Part shown: piece by piece, positions 1 to 10,028 of the stretch
Position numbering within the stretch: the stretch's first letter is position 1
Layout of the letters: each line of letters begins with the position of its first letter
Origin: Clostridia bacterium
GTDB lineage: Bacteria; Bacillota; Clostridia; Oscillospirales; CAG-272
Length of the DNA: 64,000 nt
Direction of reading: 5' to 3'
Assembly: GCA_017482465.1 (NCBI GenBank)
Contig: JAFUMW010000018.1
Span: 663 to 64,662 of the forward strand
Notes under the pieces: generated by a model
Told to the model about the DNA's origin: nothing
The model's database searches: none
The model's input: the letters and a program-made list of their open reading frames with translations, nothing else
Made by a program: the position numbers and the translations under genes

Positions 1-1
1 A

Positions 2-571
2 ATCAGAAACGGCGAGTACTTCATTACAGCCGAGCTTTCGGTAACAGGCGAGCATAACATAATGAACGCACTTGCGTCGGTATGCTCGGCTGATCTGTGC
101 GGGATCGACGCTGAAAGTATCAAAAAGGGCTTAAAGAAATATAAGGGCGCGTCACGCCGCATGGAATATAAGGGTCAGCTTGATGGAAAAGCAAATATAT
201 ATGAGGATTATGCACATCATCCCACAGAAGTACGCGCGACGCTTTCGGGAGTGAAAAAGTTTGCAACCGGAGACATCTGGTGTGTATTCCAGCCTCATAC
301 TTTTACGCGTACATTCAGTCTCTTTGATGAATTTACAAAATGTTTTGACGGAGTAAAGACGATATTTGCCGATATCTACGCGGCAAGAGAAGTAAATATA
401 AGCGGCGTGAGCTCGAAGGATCTGGCTGAAAAGGTCAAGGATTCGATATACTTGGAAAGCTTTGAAAAAATAGCCGAGTACCTTAAGGAACAGGTTAAAA
501 ACGGTGATATTATTATAATTATGGGTGCCGGAGATATAAACAAGGTCTGTGCGCTTCTTGAGGAGAAATAA
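2..571 (+). CDS. murC: UDP-N-acetylmuramate--L-alanine ligase, C-terminal part (5' end lies outside the window)
   Basis: The frame is open from nt 2 to the TAA at 569-571. Track ORF 62..571 is only the part after an internal Met. Mur-ligase C-terminal signatures: GEHNIMNALA, EDYAHHPTE, FQPHTFTRT, IIIMGAGDI. Confidence 0.85.
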   Translation: MRNGEYFITAELSVTGEHNIMNALASVCSADLCGIDAESIKKGLKKYKGASRRMEYKGQLDGKANIYEDYAHHPTEVRATLSGVKKFATGDIWCVFQPHTFTRTFSLFDEFTKCFDGVKTIFADIYAAREVNISGVSSKDLAEKVKDSIYLESFEKIAEYLKEQVKNGDIIIIMGAGDINKVCALLEEK

Positions 572-1077
572 TGATAAAAAAATTAATGCCTGACAGAATG
601 TTTAACAGCTACAGAGATATAACGCCGGAAATCTTAAGCGGTCTTGGTATAAAGGCACTGCTTCTCGATATCGACAATACCCTTGTCACATACGATGACC
701 CCGATCCGACAGACGAGGTTACAGCATGGCTCAAGCAAATGAATGAAAGCGGAATACTTACGGCATTCGTTTCAAACAACAGTGATCCGTCAAGAGTGGA
801 AAGATTTAATAAAAGTCTGGGCTATTTTGCCGTCAGCCGTGCGAAAAAGCCTTTGCCAAACGGGTTTAGGCGAGCGCTTGAGTATATGAAGGTCGATGCG
901 TGCAACGCAGCTTCTGTAGGCGATCAGATATTTACAGATGTATGGGCGGCAAAAAATGTCGGAGCTTACGCGTTTCTCGTTCCTCCGATAAAAGATAAGA
1001 CGACCTTGTTCTTCAAGGCTAAAAGATTTCTTGAAAGACCGATAATAAAAAAATATAAGTCTAAAAATCAAAAATAA
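571..1077 (+). CDS. YqeG-family HAD superfamily (IIIA) phosphatase
   Basis: HAD motif I LLLDIDNTLV, motif GILTAFVSNN, motif VGDQIFTDV. About 168 aa. Its start overlaps the murC stop (TAATG). Confidence 0.8.
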   Translation: MIKKLMPDRMFNSYRDITPEILSGLGIKALLLDIDNTLVTYDDPDPTDEVTAWLKQMNESGILTAFVSNNSDPSRVERFNKSLGYFAVSRAKKPLPNGFRRALEYMKVDACNAASVGDQIFTDVWAAKNVGAYAFLVPPIKDKTTLFFKAKRFLERPIIKKYKSKNQK

Positions 1078-1108
1078 GAATTTAATCAGTAAAGAAAGGT
1101 AAAATAAT

Positions 1109-1957
1109 ATGGCAGCATTATTCGGCCCGGGCGGAAACAGCGAAAGCTTTTATGCCGACGGACATAAGCATACAACAGAAGCACCGTCCTGGTTAAAGCA
1201 AAAAGGACTTGATGCATACGAGTACCAGGCCGGCAACGGAATAACCGGAAGTGATGCGACGCTCGCGAAGATAGGAGAAGCGGCGGCAGAAGCGGGGATA
1301 AAAATGTCTATTCACGCGCCGTACTATATTTCTCTTTCCGGTATTGAGACAGAAAAGAGACTCAAGAGCATCGACTATATAAGAAAAAGTCTTCATGCGG
1401 CAAAGCTTCTGGGCGCGGACACAATAGTCATTCACGCGGGACGTGCGGCAAAGATCAGCCGAGAGGAAGCGATGTACCTCGCATCGGATACGCTTTATAA
1501 GGCGGCAGAGGAGTTTACGGGCGAAATCGTGCATTTCGGGATAGAGACAATGGGTAAGGTCAATCAGCTCGGAACGCTTGAAGAGGTAATAGAGCTTTGC
1601 AAGGTAGCTGATATATACTATCCCGTAGTTGATTTCGGTCATCTTAATTCGCGTAATATCGGCGGTTTTTACACGTCAGAGGATGACTACAAGCGAACAT
1701 TTGACCTCATAGGAGACAGGCTCGGCGACAAATATGCACAAAAGCTTCACTGTCATTTTTCAAAGATCGAGTATACAGGCTCGGGAGAAAAGAAGCACGT
1801 GCGCTTTTGTGACGACGGATTTGAGCCGCCTTTCGAACCGCTTTGCAGTTATATCGCAAAGGCAGGACTTGAGCCGAGGATCATCTGTGAATCGGCAGGA
1901 ACGATGGCGGATGACGCTCTTATGATGAAAAAATGTTACCTTGAAGCCATAAAATGA
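1109..1957 (+). CDS. Xylose-isomerase-like TIM-barrel protein, endonuclease IV-related
   Basis: 282 aa. The N-terminus FGPGGNSESFY...GLDAYEYQ and the HAPYYISL / IVIHAG / FGHLN metal-ligand-like motifs are typical of AP-endonuclease-2/TIM-barrel proteins. RBS aaaggt lies upstream. Confidence 0.55.
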   Translation: MAALFGPGGNSESFYADGHKHTTEAPSWLKQKGLDAYEYQAGNGITGSDATLAKIGEAAAEAGIKMSIHAPYYISLSGIETEKRLKSIDYIRKSLHAAKLLGADTIVIHAGRAAKISREEAMYLASDTLYKAAEEFTGEIVHFGIETMGKVNQLGTLEEVIELCKVADIYYPVVDFGHLNSRNIGGFYTSEDDYKRTFDLIGDRLGDKYAQKLHCHFSKIEYTGSGEKKHVRFCDDGFEPPFEPLCSYIAKAGLEPRIICESAGTMADDALMMKKCYLEAIK

Positions 1958-2040
1958 GGCAAAATATACTGTAAAATGTACTAAACAGAGAAAAAAACAT
2001 ATTTCTTTTTGTGTTTTTTCACTTTTTTTAGCAATAACTA

Positions 2041-2069
2041 TTGAAAAATACTGAAATATATTGTAAAAT
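2041..2069 (+). promoter_or_regulatory. Putative sigma-A promoter for efp
   Basis: TTGAAA (2041-2046), 17-nt spacer, TAAAAT (2064-2069), about 75 nt upstream of the efp start. Confidence 0.45.
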
Positions 2070-2144
2070 ATAGATAATGGAATAATGTACACGCTCAAAA
2101 TATGCGGCGATGAAGATTATTCGAAAATATTTGGAGGTTTACTC

Positions 2145-2702
2145 ATGGTAGTAGCTGGAGATTTTAAAAACGGAATAACTTTTGACATGGACGGAAATGT
2201 AATGCAGGTCGTTGAATTCCAGCATGTCAAGCCCGGAAAGGGAGCGGCGTTTGTAAGAACCAAGCTCAGAAACGTAATTTCCGGAGCGGTAATTGAAAAG
2301 ACTTTCAGCCCGACTGATAAGTTTGAAAACGCGATCGTTGAAAGAAAGAAGATGCAGTATCTCTACAGTGACGGAGAGCTTTATTACTTCATGGACAACG
2401 AAACATTCGAGCAGATCCCGCTTGATGCAAATAAGCTTGGCGACAACTTCAAGTTCGTTGCTGAAAATATGGACTGCACTATCGTATCCTACAAGGGGAA
2501 CGTATTCAGCGTAGAGCCCCCCATTTTCGTTGAGCTCGTGGTTGCAGACACTGAGCCCGGCTTCAAGGGTGATACTGCAACAGGCGCATCCAAGCCCGCA
2601 ACTCTTGAAACAGGCGCACAGATCAAGGTTCCGCTCTTTATCAACACCGGAGACGTTCTCAAAATTGATACACGTACCGGAGAATATATCGAAAGAGTAT
2701 AA
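2145..2702 (+). CDS. efp: Elongation factor P
   Basis: [43 protein letters not shown] is a canonical EF-P N-terminus. GGAGG at 2133-2137 supports the ATG at 2145 rather than the track start at 2085. Confidence 0.95.
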   Translation: MVVAGDFKNGITFDMDGNVMQVVEFQHVKPGKGAAFVRTKLRNVISGAVIEKTFSPTDKFENAIVERKKMQYLYSDGELYYFMDNETFEQIPLDANKLGDNFKFVAENMDCTIVSYKGNVFSVEPPIFVELVVADTEPGFKGDTATGASKPATLETGAQIKVPLFINTGDVLKIDTRTGEYIERV

Positions 2703-2719
2703 TCAAACAAAGCAAACGG

Positions 2720-2751
2720 GAAAGTTTCATTTCATTAGAGATGAAACTTTC
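2720..2751 (+). terminator. Hairpin downstream of efp (possible terminator, weak U-tract)
   Basis: 11-bp stem GAAAGTTTCAT / ATGAAACTTTC with a 10-nt loop. It is followed by ACTTATATAA rather than a clean T-run. Confidence 0.4.
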
Positions 2752-2791
2752 ACTTATATAAAGCCGCAAAAGCGGCGGATTGGAGAAAATT

Positions 2792-3259
2792 ATGACACTT
2801 ACTGAAAAGGTTGCTTACCTCAAGGGACTCATCGAAGGACTTCAGATCGACGAAAGCAAGCCCGAAAACAAGATCATCAAGGCAATGGTCGATGTTATCG
2901 ACGACCTTGCGCTTACTGTTACCGATCTTGAGGACGAGGTAGACGCACTTGACGAGTATATCGAGGAGATCGACGACGATCTCGCCGCTATCGAGGACAT
3001 CGCCTACGAGGACGACGATTACGAGGACGACGAGGATGTCGAGGACGATGAATTCGAAGAATGGGACGAAGATGACGACGAAGAAGACAGTGAGTTTTAT
3101 GAGGTAATGTGTCCTCATTGCGGTGAAGTCGTATATCTTGATGATGATATTGATCCCACTTGCGTTACATGCCCCGCATGCATCAATAAGTTTGATATCA
3201 CAGAGGACGCTTGCTCGCCTGAGGATTGCGAAGGCTGCAGCGGTTGCTCGGACAAGTAA
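2792..3259 (+). CDS. Highly acidic protein with a C-terminal CxxC...CxxC zinc ribbon (resembles proteins annotated 'CD1247 N-terminal domain-containing')
   Basis: GGAG at 2782-2785 is 6 nt before the ATG at 2792. The track start at 2780 is TTG. It has a central D/E run (EDDDYEDDEDVEDDEFEEWDEDDDEED) followed by CPHCGE...CVTCPAC. Confidence 0.7.
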   Translation: MTLTEKVAYLKGLIEGLQIDESKPENKIIKAMVDVIDDLALTVTDLEDEVDALDEYIEEIDDDLAAIEDIAYEDDDYEDDEDVEDDEFEEWDEDDDEEDSEFYEVMCPHCGEVVYLDDDIDPTCVTCPACINKFDITEDACSPEDCEGCSGCSDK

Positions 3260-3270
3260 TTAATCGAAAA

Positions 3271-3307
3271 GCAAAGCCGAAACGGTTTCCGTTTCGGCTT
3301 TTTCTTT
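3271..3307. terminator. Bidirectional intrinsic terminator between convergent genes
   Basis: Stem AAAGCCGAAACGG / CCGTTTCGGCTTT followed by TTTTCTTT on the plus strand and by an A-run (T-run on minus) upstream. It sits between the 2792..3259(+) and 3306..4016(-) genes. Confidence 0.75.
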
Positions 3308-4016
3308 ATTCCTTTGTGCCACAAATGTGCTTTTGAAGCAGGTCGGGGAAGTTTACGGTCATTCCGTCGACCTTAAGCTCACACATTTTTTTCATAAGCT
3401 CGGTGTTACTAACACCCCATGCTCTTACTCCCAGATTTTTTGATCTGAGCATTTGCATAAGTTCTTTTGTAATGTTTTCTGCCTTTGGAGCTATTTCCTC
3501 GCCGCCTATTTCGAGCAGACGCTCTACGCTTTGCTCATCCGGATTAACGATGAGCCAACCGATGCGGGCAGACTTGTCGGCGTCTTTTATGTTTTTCAGA
3601 TAATCAAAAGCAAACGAGGTGAAAGTCGTTTTTTCCATTATTCCAAATTCTTTTGTAAGCTTAAGCACGTCTGCCTCGATACCGTTGTCCTTAAGCTCAA
3701 TGGCGAAATTGATATCATATGAGGCAAAATGCTCTAAAAATTCACGGAAGGTTACGATCCTGTCATAAAATCCGATATTCGGAGTTTTGTATATCTTTAT
3801 CTGCTTCAGCTCGTGCAGAGTAAGATCATTAACGCGTGAGCTTATTTCAGCAACACGCTCAAGCGTATCGTCGTGAAACAGTATAAGCTCTCCGTCCTTG
3901 CTGCGTCTTACGTCGGTTTCTATTCCGTTAGCATTCTGGAGCAGACCGAGATAGAACGAGGAAAGTGTGTTTTCGGGTGCATATTGGCTTGCGCCGCGGT
4001 GTGCGTAGTTGATCAT
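3306..4016 (-). CDS. Glycerophosphodiester phosphodiesterase (GDPD family)
   Basis: INYAHRGAS..APENTL...ETDVRRSKDGELILFHDDTL are GDPD catalytic motifs. The start was moved to Met12 (ATG 4016, AGAGG RBS) because the longer track ORF runs through the upstream gene's terminator hairpin. Confidence 0.85.
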   Translation of the reverse strand: MINYAHRGASQYAPENTLSSFYLGLLQNANGIETDVRRSKDGELILFHDDTLERVAEISSRVNDLTLHELKQIKIYKTPNIGFYDRIVTFREFLEHFASYDINFAIELKDNGIEADVLKLTKEFGIMEKTTFTSFAFDYLKNIKDADKSARIGWLIVNPDEQSVERLLEIGGEEIAPKAENITKELMQMLRSKNLGVRAWGVSNTELMKKMCELKVDGMTVNFPDLLQKHICGTKE

Positions 4017-4029
4017 TGTGTCATACCTC

Positions 4030-4062
4030 TTAAAACAAAAGGGAGTCAAAAGACTCCCTTTT
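4030..4062 (-). terminator. Intrinsic terminator of the lipoprotein gene
   Basis: On the minus strand, AAAGGGAGTC-tttt-GACTCCCTTT is followed by TGTTTTAAG. Confidence 0.7.
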
Positions 4063-4073
4063 AATTAGAATTA

Positions 4074-5732
4074 TTATGCCATTGCGTTCGGGAAGAGAGC
4101 GTAGAACCATTCGTTGTATTTGAAAGCAAGACCTTCTTCATCCTCGAAGGAGATATACTTTGTTACAGTAGGATCAGCTCTGAGCTCTTCGATTGCTGTT
4201 GCCAGCCATGTATCAAACTGTGCATATGAAACCGAATCAAGCTCAGCGAAATATTTTTCGCTGATTTTTGCGATATCATCCATAATAGCTTCATCTACAG
4301 CATCTTCATGGAAGAAACCGAAGTAGGGGTCGTCGACGATCTCAAGGTTCTGAGCTTTGCAGTTATCCCAGATGTCGGGTGACGAGCCTTCAGGCGGGTA
4401 TGCAATAAACATGTTACCGGTATACTCAAGAGGAGTGTCGTAATCGGAGTTAAGAGTTCTTACAACTCCGTCAGCATCGAGAGTATAGTGAACATCTTTA
4501 ATGCCGTAAGCAAAGATATTACGCAGAGTCGAGTTTGTGTTAAGTGCGGTAAGCACTTCCATGGATCTTGTGATATCTTTTGTGTATGTGGATATAGCAA
4601 ACATATTTGAGTAAACGGTATTGTCAACATGAGGCTTCTGAAGAACCACTACCTCGTATTCATCCTGATACTTTTCAATGTCAGCGGCATTACCCTTTAC
4701 TATACCAACGGCAAACTCGCCGATGTCTGCTGTACCGTCGCCTAAATAACCGAGTGACTGGTACTTCTTGAGCTGCTTAATGTGGTCAACATAAGAAGTG
4801 ATAGTAAAGAGAATTCTCGGTACACCGTATGCGTCGGCGCTCTTCTGAGCGGAAGCCGCGAGCATGTTACCTACGACCGACTTTTCTCCGTCCTTTGTGA
4901 AGTACTGAATACCAATGGGGTCGAATTCGCCGAGAACGGGAACTATACCGGGTTCATTTGCCGCAACGTCCATTATGAACTCATCAGCGGTGCTGAACAG
5001 CGGGATATCAGCCGCATCATAGTAGTACTTGTCAAGAAGTGCCTTATTAAGGAGCATGTATGTATATTCGCCGATCGGCTTATTGTTGATTATACCGTAT
5101 GTAGCGTTGCCGATCTTGGAAGCTGAAAGAATATTCGGATGAATATATGTTTTCATAAGCTTGCCGGTGGAATTGAGCTCAGTGTCAAGAACCGAAAGAT
5201 GGCCTGCTTCCTGGTATTCAACAAATGTGTGGTAGTCGGGAATAAAGAAAATATCGAGCTGAGAGGGATCGGGTTCGGGATAGATCACCTCAACGATACC
5301 GATCTCGTTTATAGAAGTAAGATCCTCGGAAACTGTTTCTACCGACTCTTCCTCTTTATTGTTCTTGTAAAGCATTGCAACAGCCTTCTTCTGATCGGCT
5401 TCGGCCTGTTCAAGCTTTTTCTGATCGGCTATCTCTTCAAGACGAACTTCAAGGTTTTCCTTATATTCGTCGTATGTGAAAAGGTTGAGCTGTAAAGCTG
5501 TGTTGAATTCAGACTGTGTTACAGCGCTCATTGCTTCTTCAACAAGCGCAACGGCTTCGTCTGTAGTGTTATCGCCCTTGATACCCCAAAGAGTGACCGT
5601 CATGGCGGGCGACTCGTTCGAGCCATCGTTAAGCGTTATTGTGTCAATATCCTCTTCTCCGCCGCAAGCTGTGATAAAGCAGGTTGCGAGAAGAACCATA
5701 GCCAAAAGCAGACATTGTAATCTTTTTTTCAT
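4074..5732 (-). CDS. Large extracellular solute-binding lipoprotein (ABC-type SBP family), orphan
   Basis: Lipoprotein signal MKKRLQCLLLAMVLLATCFITAC|GG. About 550 aa, like the LplA-type sugar-binding lipoproteins of Firmicutes. No permease or ATPase genes are adjacent. Confidence 0.6.
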   Translation of the reverse strand: MKKRLQCLLLAMVLLATCFITACGGEEDIDTITLNDGSNESPAMTVTLWGIKGDNTTDEAVALVEEAMSAVTQSEFNTALQLNLFTYDEYKENLEVRLEEIADQKKLEQAEADQKKAVAMLYKNNKEEESVETVSEDLTSINEIGIVEVIYPEPDPSQLDIFFIPDYHTFVEYQEAGHLSVLDTELNSTGKLMKTYIHPNILSASKIGNATYGIINNKPIGEYTYMLLNKALLDKYYYDAADIPLFSTADEFIMDVAANEPGIVPVLGEFDPIGIQYFTKDGEKSVVGNMLAASAQKSADAYGVPRILFTITSYVDHIKQLKKYQSLGYLGDGTADIGEFAVGIVKGNAADIEKYQDEYEVVVLQKPHVDNTVYSNMFAISTYTKDITRSMEVLTALNTNSTLRNIFAYGIKDVHYTLDADGVVRTLNSDYDTPLEYTGNMFIAYPPEGSSPDIWDNCKAQNLEIVDDPYFGFFHEDAVDEAIMDDIAKISEKYFAELDSVSYAQFDTWLATAIEELRADPTVTKYISFEDEEGLAFKYNEWFYALFPNAMA

Positions 5733-6001
5733 AATTTAAAAGAAACCTCCCGGAATAAATACTTAGTATTATATTAATTATAATACTTCGTATAACTATA
5801 GAATTACTATTATATTTTACAACAAAAATATGGCAAAGTCAAGCATGAATTTTGCTTTGAAAACGATAAAAATCTCGCTTTTACATGCGCTCGGTCAAAT
5901 TGCTCAATTTACGGCGCGTCATGTTGTGCAACAATGACAATAAAACCGTCAGTATGAACATAACACGCACTTTATTTTTGTTAAAATGGTTAAAGCGGAA
6001 T

Positions 6002-7099
6002 TTATTCAAGGAAATCCTTGAGTTTTTTTGATCTTGTGGGATGTCTGAGCTTGCGAAGAGCCTTTGCTTCGATCTGACGGATACGCTCACGTGTGATCTT
6101 GAATTCCTTGCCGACCTCCTCGAGCGTACGCATTCTGCCGTCGATAAGACCGAATCTGAGCTTGAGAACAAGTGCTTCACGGGGGGTGAGCGTGTCAAGC
6201 ACGCTTTGTATTGCTTCCTTTAAGAGTGCGTGGGATGCCGCTTCGGCGGGAGCGGGCGAGTCATCATCCTGAATGAAGTCGCCGAGATGGGTGTCCTCTT
6301 CCTCACCGACAGGGGTTTCAAGAGAAACGGGATCTTGTGCGATCTTCATGATCTCTCTTACTTTATCGGGAGTGGTATTCATCTTTTCGGCGATCTCTTC
6401 GGGAGTAGCTTCGTGTCCGAGCTCCTGTAAGAGCTGTCTTGAATATCTTGAAACCTTGTGGATGGTCTCGACCATATGAACAGGTATACGGATAGTTCTT
6501 GCCTGATCTGCGATAGCACGTGTGATAGCCTGTCGTATCCACCATGTAGCATATGTCGAGAACTTGTAGCCCTTACTGTAGTCGAATTTTTCAACCGCCT
6601 TCATAAGTCCGAGATTACCCTCTTGGATAAGGTCCAAAAAGAACATGCCCTTACCGACGTATCTCTTTGCTATACTTACTACGAGTCTGAGGTTTGCTTC
6701 AACGAGCTTGTCCTTTGCCACCTCATCGCCGTGAGCCATTTTTACGGCAAGATCCTGTTCGGTGTCTGCGTCAAGCAGAGCGACCTTACCGATCTCCTTG
6801 AGATACATTCGTACAGGGTCGTCGATCGAAAGACCTTCCTGCAGAAGCATCTTTTCCATGTCCTCCGCGCTTTCGTATTGCTCAACGTCTTCGGCTATAT
6901 CTTCAAGGTCTACCGGTTCTTCGTCGAGATAATTTATCTCGATACCGTTGTTTTCGAGCTCTTCGTAAATTTTGTCGATTGTCTCAATATCAAGATTCTC
7001 CTCTGGAAAGGATTCGAGTATCTCGCTTGTTGTAAGCGAGCCCTTTGTGCGGCCTTTTTCAAGAAGTTCCTGAAGATTGATCTCCTGATGATTTTCCAT
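6002..7099 (-). CDS. rpoD: RNA polymerase primary sigma factor (sigma-70/SigA)
   Basis: Regions 1.2-4.2 are recognisable: [87 protein letters not shown]. Confidence 0.96.
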   Translation of the reverse strand: MENHQEINLQELLEKGRTKGSLTTSEILESFPEENLDIETIDKIYEELENNGIEINYLDEEPVDLEDIAEDVEQYESAEDMEKMLLQEGLSIDDPVRMYLKEIGKVALLDADTEQDLAVKMAHGDEVAKDKLVEANLRLVVSIAKRYVGKGMFFLDLIQEGNLGLMKAVEKFDYSKGYKFSTYATWWIRQAITRAIADQARTIRIPVHMVETIHKVSRYSRQLLQELGHEATPEEIAEKMNTTPDKVREIMKIAQDPVSLETPVGEEEDTHLGDFIQDDDSPAPAEAASHALLKEAIQSVLDTLTPREALVLKLRFGLIDGRMRTLEEVGKEFKITRERIRQIEAKALRKLRHPTRSKKLKDFLE

Positions 7100-7134
7100 A
7101 AATCCTCCGTTTTTATATGTAAGAAATATTATAT

Positions 7135-8901
7135 TTATTTTTCTGTGTCCGCTCGCTTCCGTGCGAGAATTTTTTCTATGTCTGAAAGCTCTCCTGTTGA
7201 GCTGTTCTCGTTTTTAAGCTTGTTTATGCTGTCAAGCAGTATATCCTCCGAGTTGAGAGTGAGCTTTTCACGCCTTATCCGAAGCTCGGTTATTCTTCCC
7301 ATCTCGTCGGGGGAAAATTCTTCGCCGAGCATTCCAAACTCGAATTTTCCGGTCTCGTCGGTAAGGTCGAGTATTTTGGCAAAGATCTTTTTATTGAACG
7401 CGGTAAAGAAATCATCCTGCGTCAGCTTTATTTCCCCTTTTTTGACCTTTATAGTGTATTCCGGGTATAAAAGCATGAGGCCGAGAATAGTATCTTCGGC
7501 GCTTGATGCGGCTTTGTTTTTTGCGGCATCGGTATTTATCCTGTCGCCGAAGCCCGCTGTCTGCATGATGATCTTTCTCTTTGTATCACGTTCTGCTTCT
7601 TTGTTTTTTCGCCGATGGGCGCGTTCGGTGTCGGTCTTCAGACTTTCTCGGCTGACCCCGAGTTTTGCGGCGGCAGCACTGCAGGCAAGCTCTCTTTCAA
7701 CATTTGAGTATATGTCGGCAAGCATGTCGCATACCTCGGTGCTTGCCCGGAGCTTTTGATCCGGTATTGCAAGATCGTATTTTTTTAATATTGATTCGAG
7801 CCGAAAATCAAACCTTGACTCACTGTTGTCAAGAAGATGCTTGAACTTGATATTGCCCTTGTCACCGTTTTTGCGAATAAATTCATCGGGGTCCTTTGCT
7901 CCGACGACCTTCAAAACGCTTCCGTCGATGCCTACCTCATGAAGCAGAGAGAGCGCTTTGGAAGCCGCTCTTTGACCGGCTTCATCACTGTCGTATGAAA
8001 CGATGACCTTTTTTGTATATTTTGCCATAATGCGCGATTGTTCGGGGGTGATGGCAGTGCCGAGCGTGGCAACAGCATTTTCAAATCCCGCCGCGTGAAG
8101 CGCGATAACATCCATGTATCCTTCGCATAGGATCAGGCGTTCGCTTGCATTTGCTTTGGCGAAATTGAGTGCAAACAGGTTGCGGCTTTTCTTGAATACC
8201 GGCGTGTCGGACGAGTTCAGATATTTCGGAACCGAATCGTCAAGAACACGTCCTCCAAAGGCAATGACATTTCCCGAAACATCTATTATAGGAAACATTA
8301 CTCGGTTTCTGAACATGTCAAAGTTCTTTCCCGTTTTTTTGCTTACACCGCACAAAAAGCCGATCGCCATCTCCTCGTCGGTATATCCGCGTGCACGCAG
8401 ATAATCGCTCAACGCATTGAAGCTGTTCGGCGCATAGCCGAGACCGAAGCGATTTATTATAGCCTTTGAAAGGCCGCGTTTTTTATACAGGTAATCTCTT
8501 GCCGTTGCGCCTGTTTTTTCATCGTTTAATGACATATGGAAGAATTTCGCGGCGTCGCGGTTCATCGCAAGCAGTTTTTCGCGCCTTATACCCTCGCGTT
8601 CCTGTTCGGGCGAAAGCGGTATTGTGATACCCGCTCTTTTCGCAAGGAATTCAAGCGCTTCCACATATGTCAGATTTTCTGCCTTCATAATAAATGTTAT
8701 AACATCGCCGCCTGCTCCGCAACCAAAGCAATAAAAGCTTTTAGAGGCGCGGAACACGGTGAATGAAGGCGTTTTTTCGTTATGGAACGGGCACAGACCG
8801 TTATAGTTTGAGCCCGCGTGCTTTAGTGTGACGTAAGAGGCAATAACATCTTCGATGTCGCTTCTGAATTTTATTTCTTCAACAATTTCCGGTGAAATCA
8901 A
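7135..8901 (-). CDS. dnaG: DNA primase
   Basis: Zinc-ribbon [13 protein letters not shown]...[11 protein letters not shown] and TOPRIM motifs [21 protein letters not shown]. Apparent TTG start. Sits immediately upstream of rpoD. Confidence 0.95.
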   Translation of the reverse strand: MISPEIVEEIKFRSDIEDVIASYVTLKHAGSNYNGLCPFHNEKTPSFTVFRASKSFYCFGCGAGGDVITFIMKAENLTYVEALEFLAKRAGITIPLSPEQEREGIRREKLLAMNRDAAKFFHMSLNDEKTGATARDYLYKKRGLSKAIINRFGLGYAPNSFNALSDYLRARGYTDEEMAIGFLCGVSKKTGKNFDMFRNRVMFPIIDVSGNVIAFGGRVLDDSVPKYLNSSDTPVFKKSRNLFALNFAKANASERLILCEGYMDVIALHAAGFENAVATLGTAITPEQSRIMAKYTKKVIVSYDSDEAGQRAASKALSLLHEVGIDGSVLKVVGAKDPDEFIRKNGDKGNIKFKHLLDNSESRFDFRLESILKKYDLAIPDQKLRASTEVCDMLADIYSNVERELACSAAAAKLGVSRESLKTDTERAHRRKNKEAERDTKRKIIMQTAGFGDRINTDAAKNKAASSAEDTILGLMLLYPEYTIKVKKGEIKLTQDDFFTAFNKKIFAKILDLTDETGKFEFGMLGEEFSPDEMGRITELRIRREKLTLNSEDILLDSINKLKNENSSTGELSDIEKILARKRADTEK

Positions 8902-8924
8902 AGCTTATGCCCCCTTTTTATACT

Positions 8925-9938
8925 TTATTTGCCGCCCGTCCAGACGTTTGGCATGAAAATTTCTTTGTAGACCTCGATAGCATGCCTGTCGGTCATTCCG
9001 GCTATGTAATCGCAAACACAGCGCTCCACCGGCTCGTTTTTCATATTTTCACGGAAAAACGCCGGCATTTTTTCGGGATACTTCACGAAGTGCTCAAAAA
9101 GCCTTGCGATAAGCTCACACGCTTTATTATCTTCCGATTTTACCATCGGGTTTGTGTATATCTTTTCAAAAAGGAAATCGCGGAGCTTGTTTGTTGCCTC
9201 GGCAACATGCGGCTCCATAGATATCTCGTTTTTGTCAAAGCTTGCAGAGATAACACTGCGTACCATATTATTGATACGCTCCGAGTGCCCGCGTCCCAAG
9301 ACCTCAAGTATATCTCGCGGAATATCGTCTATCTCGAGCACACCGGCTCGCACTGAGTCGTCTATATCATGGTTTATATAAGCTATTCTGTCGGCAAATT
9401 TTACGATTATTCCCTCAAGCGTAGAGGCCTTGTTTTTGCCCTGATGATTTACTATACCGTCGCGCACCTCCCACGTAAGGTTGAGTCCCTCGCCGTTATT
9501 TTCGAGAAACTCCACAACACGCAGGCTCTGGCGGTAATGAGTAAACTCCTTTGAATAGCATTCCTGCAACGCGGTCTCGCCTGTATGTCCGAACGGAGTG
9601 TGTCCGAGATCATGTCCGAGACATGCTGCCTCACACAGATCCTCATTTAACATCAGCGCGCGGCAAATTATGCGTCCTATCTGTGTTACTTCAAGCGTAT
9701 GAGTAAGACGTGTGCGGTAATGCTCTTCTATTGGAGAGAGAAATACTTGTGTCTTATGCATCATACGTCTGAACGCTTTACAATGGATGATCTTGTCGCG
9801 GTCGCGCTGGAACTCTGTACGTATGTCGCAAGGGACATACGGTTTGTCTCTTCCTCTCGTGTTTTCGGTGAGAAAGGCGAATTTTGAAAGATCCTCTTTT
9901 TCGCGTTCAAGTATTATATCGCGGATAGTCTTTTCCAT
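8925..9938 (-). CDS. dgt: dGTP triphosphohydrolase-like HD-domain protein
   Basis: FQRDRDKIIHCKAFRRM..KTQVF, RTRLTHTLEV, LGHDLGHTPFGHTGE (HD motif). Forms a dgt-dnaG-rpoD arrangement. Confidence 0.85.
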   Translation of the reverse strand: MEKTIRDIILEREKEDLSKFAFLTENTRGRDKPYVPCDIRTEFQRDRDKIIHCKAFRRMMHKTQVFLSPIEEHYRTRLTHTLEVTQIGRIICRALMLNEDLCEAACLGHDLGHTPFGHTGETALQECYSKEFTHYRQSLRVVEFLENNGEGLNLTWEVRDGIVNHQGKNKASTLEGIIVKFADRIAYINHDIDDSVRAGVLEIDDIPRDILEVLGRGHSERINNMVRSVISASFDKNEISMEPHVAEATNKLRDFLFEKIYTNPMVKSEDNKACELIARLFEHFVKYPEKMPAFFRENMKNEPVERCVCDYIAGMTDRHAIEVYKEIFMPNVWTGGK

Positions 9939-10028
9939 AAGGCTCCTTTTGACATATACGTTATTGATCCATTATATAAGTAAATATACGCAAAAAAATC
10001 GAAAATCACTTTTCTTTTTTCAAAAATT

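Noticed and set aside
6458-7759. 433-aa plus-strand ORF spanning the rpoD/dnaG region
   Set aside because: It lies antisense to two unmistakable conserved genes. Its product is low-complexity and Ser/Leu/Phe/Cys-rich with no motif or RBS. This is a typical shadow ORF.
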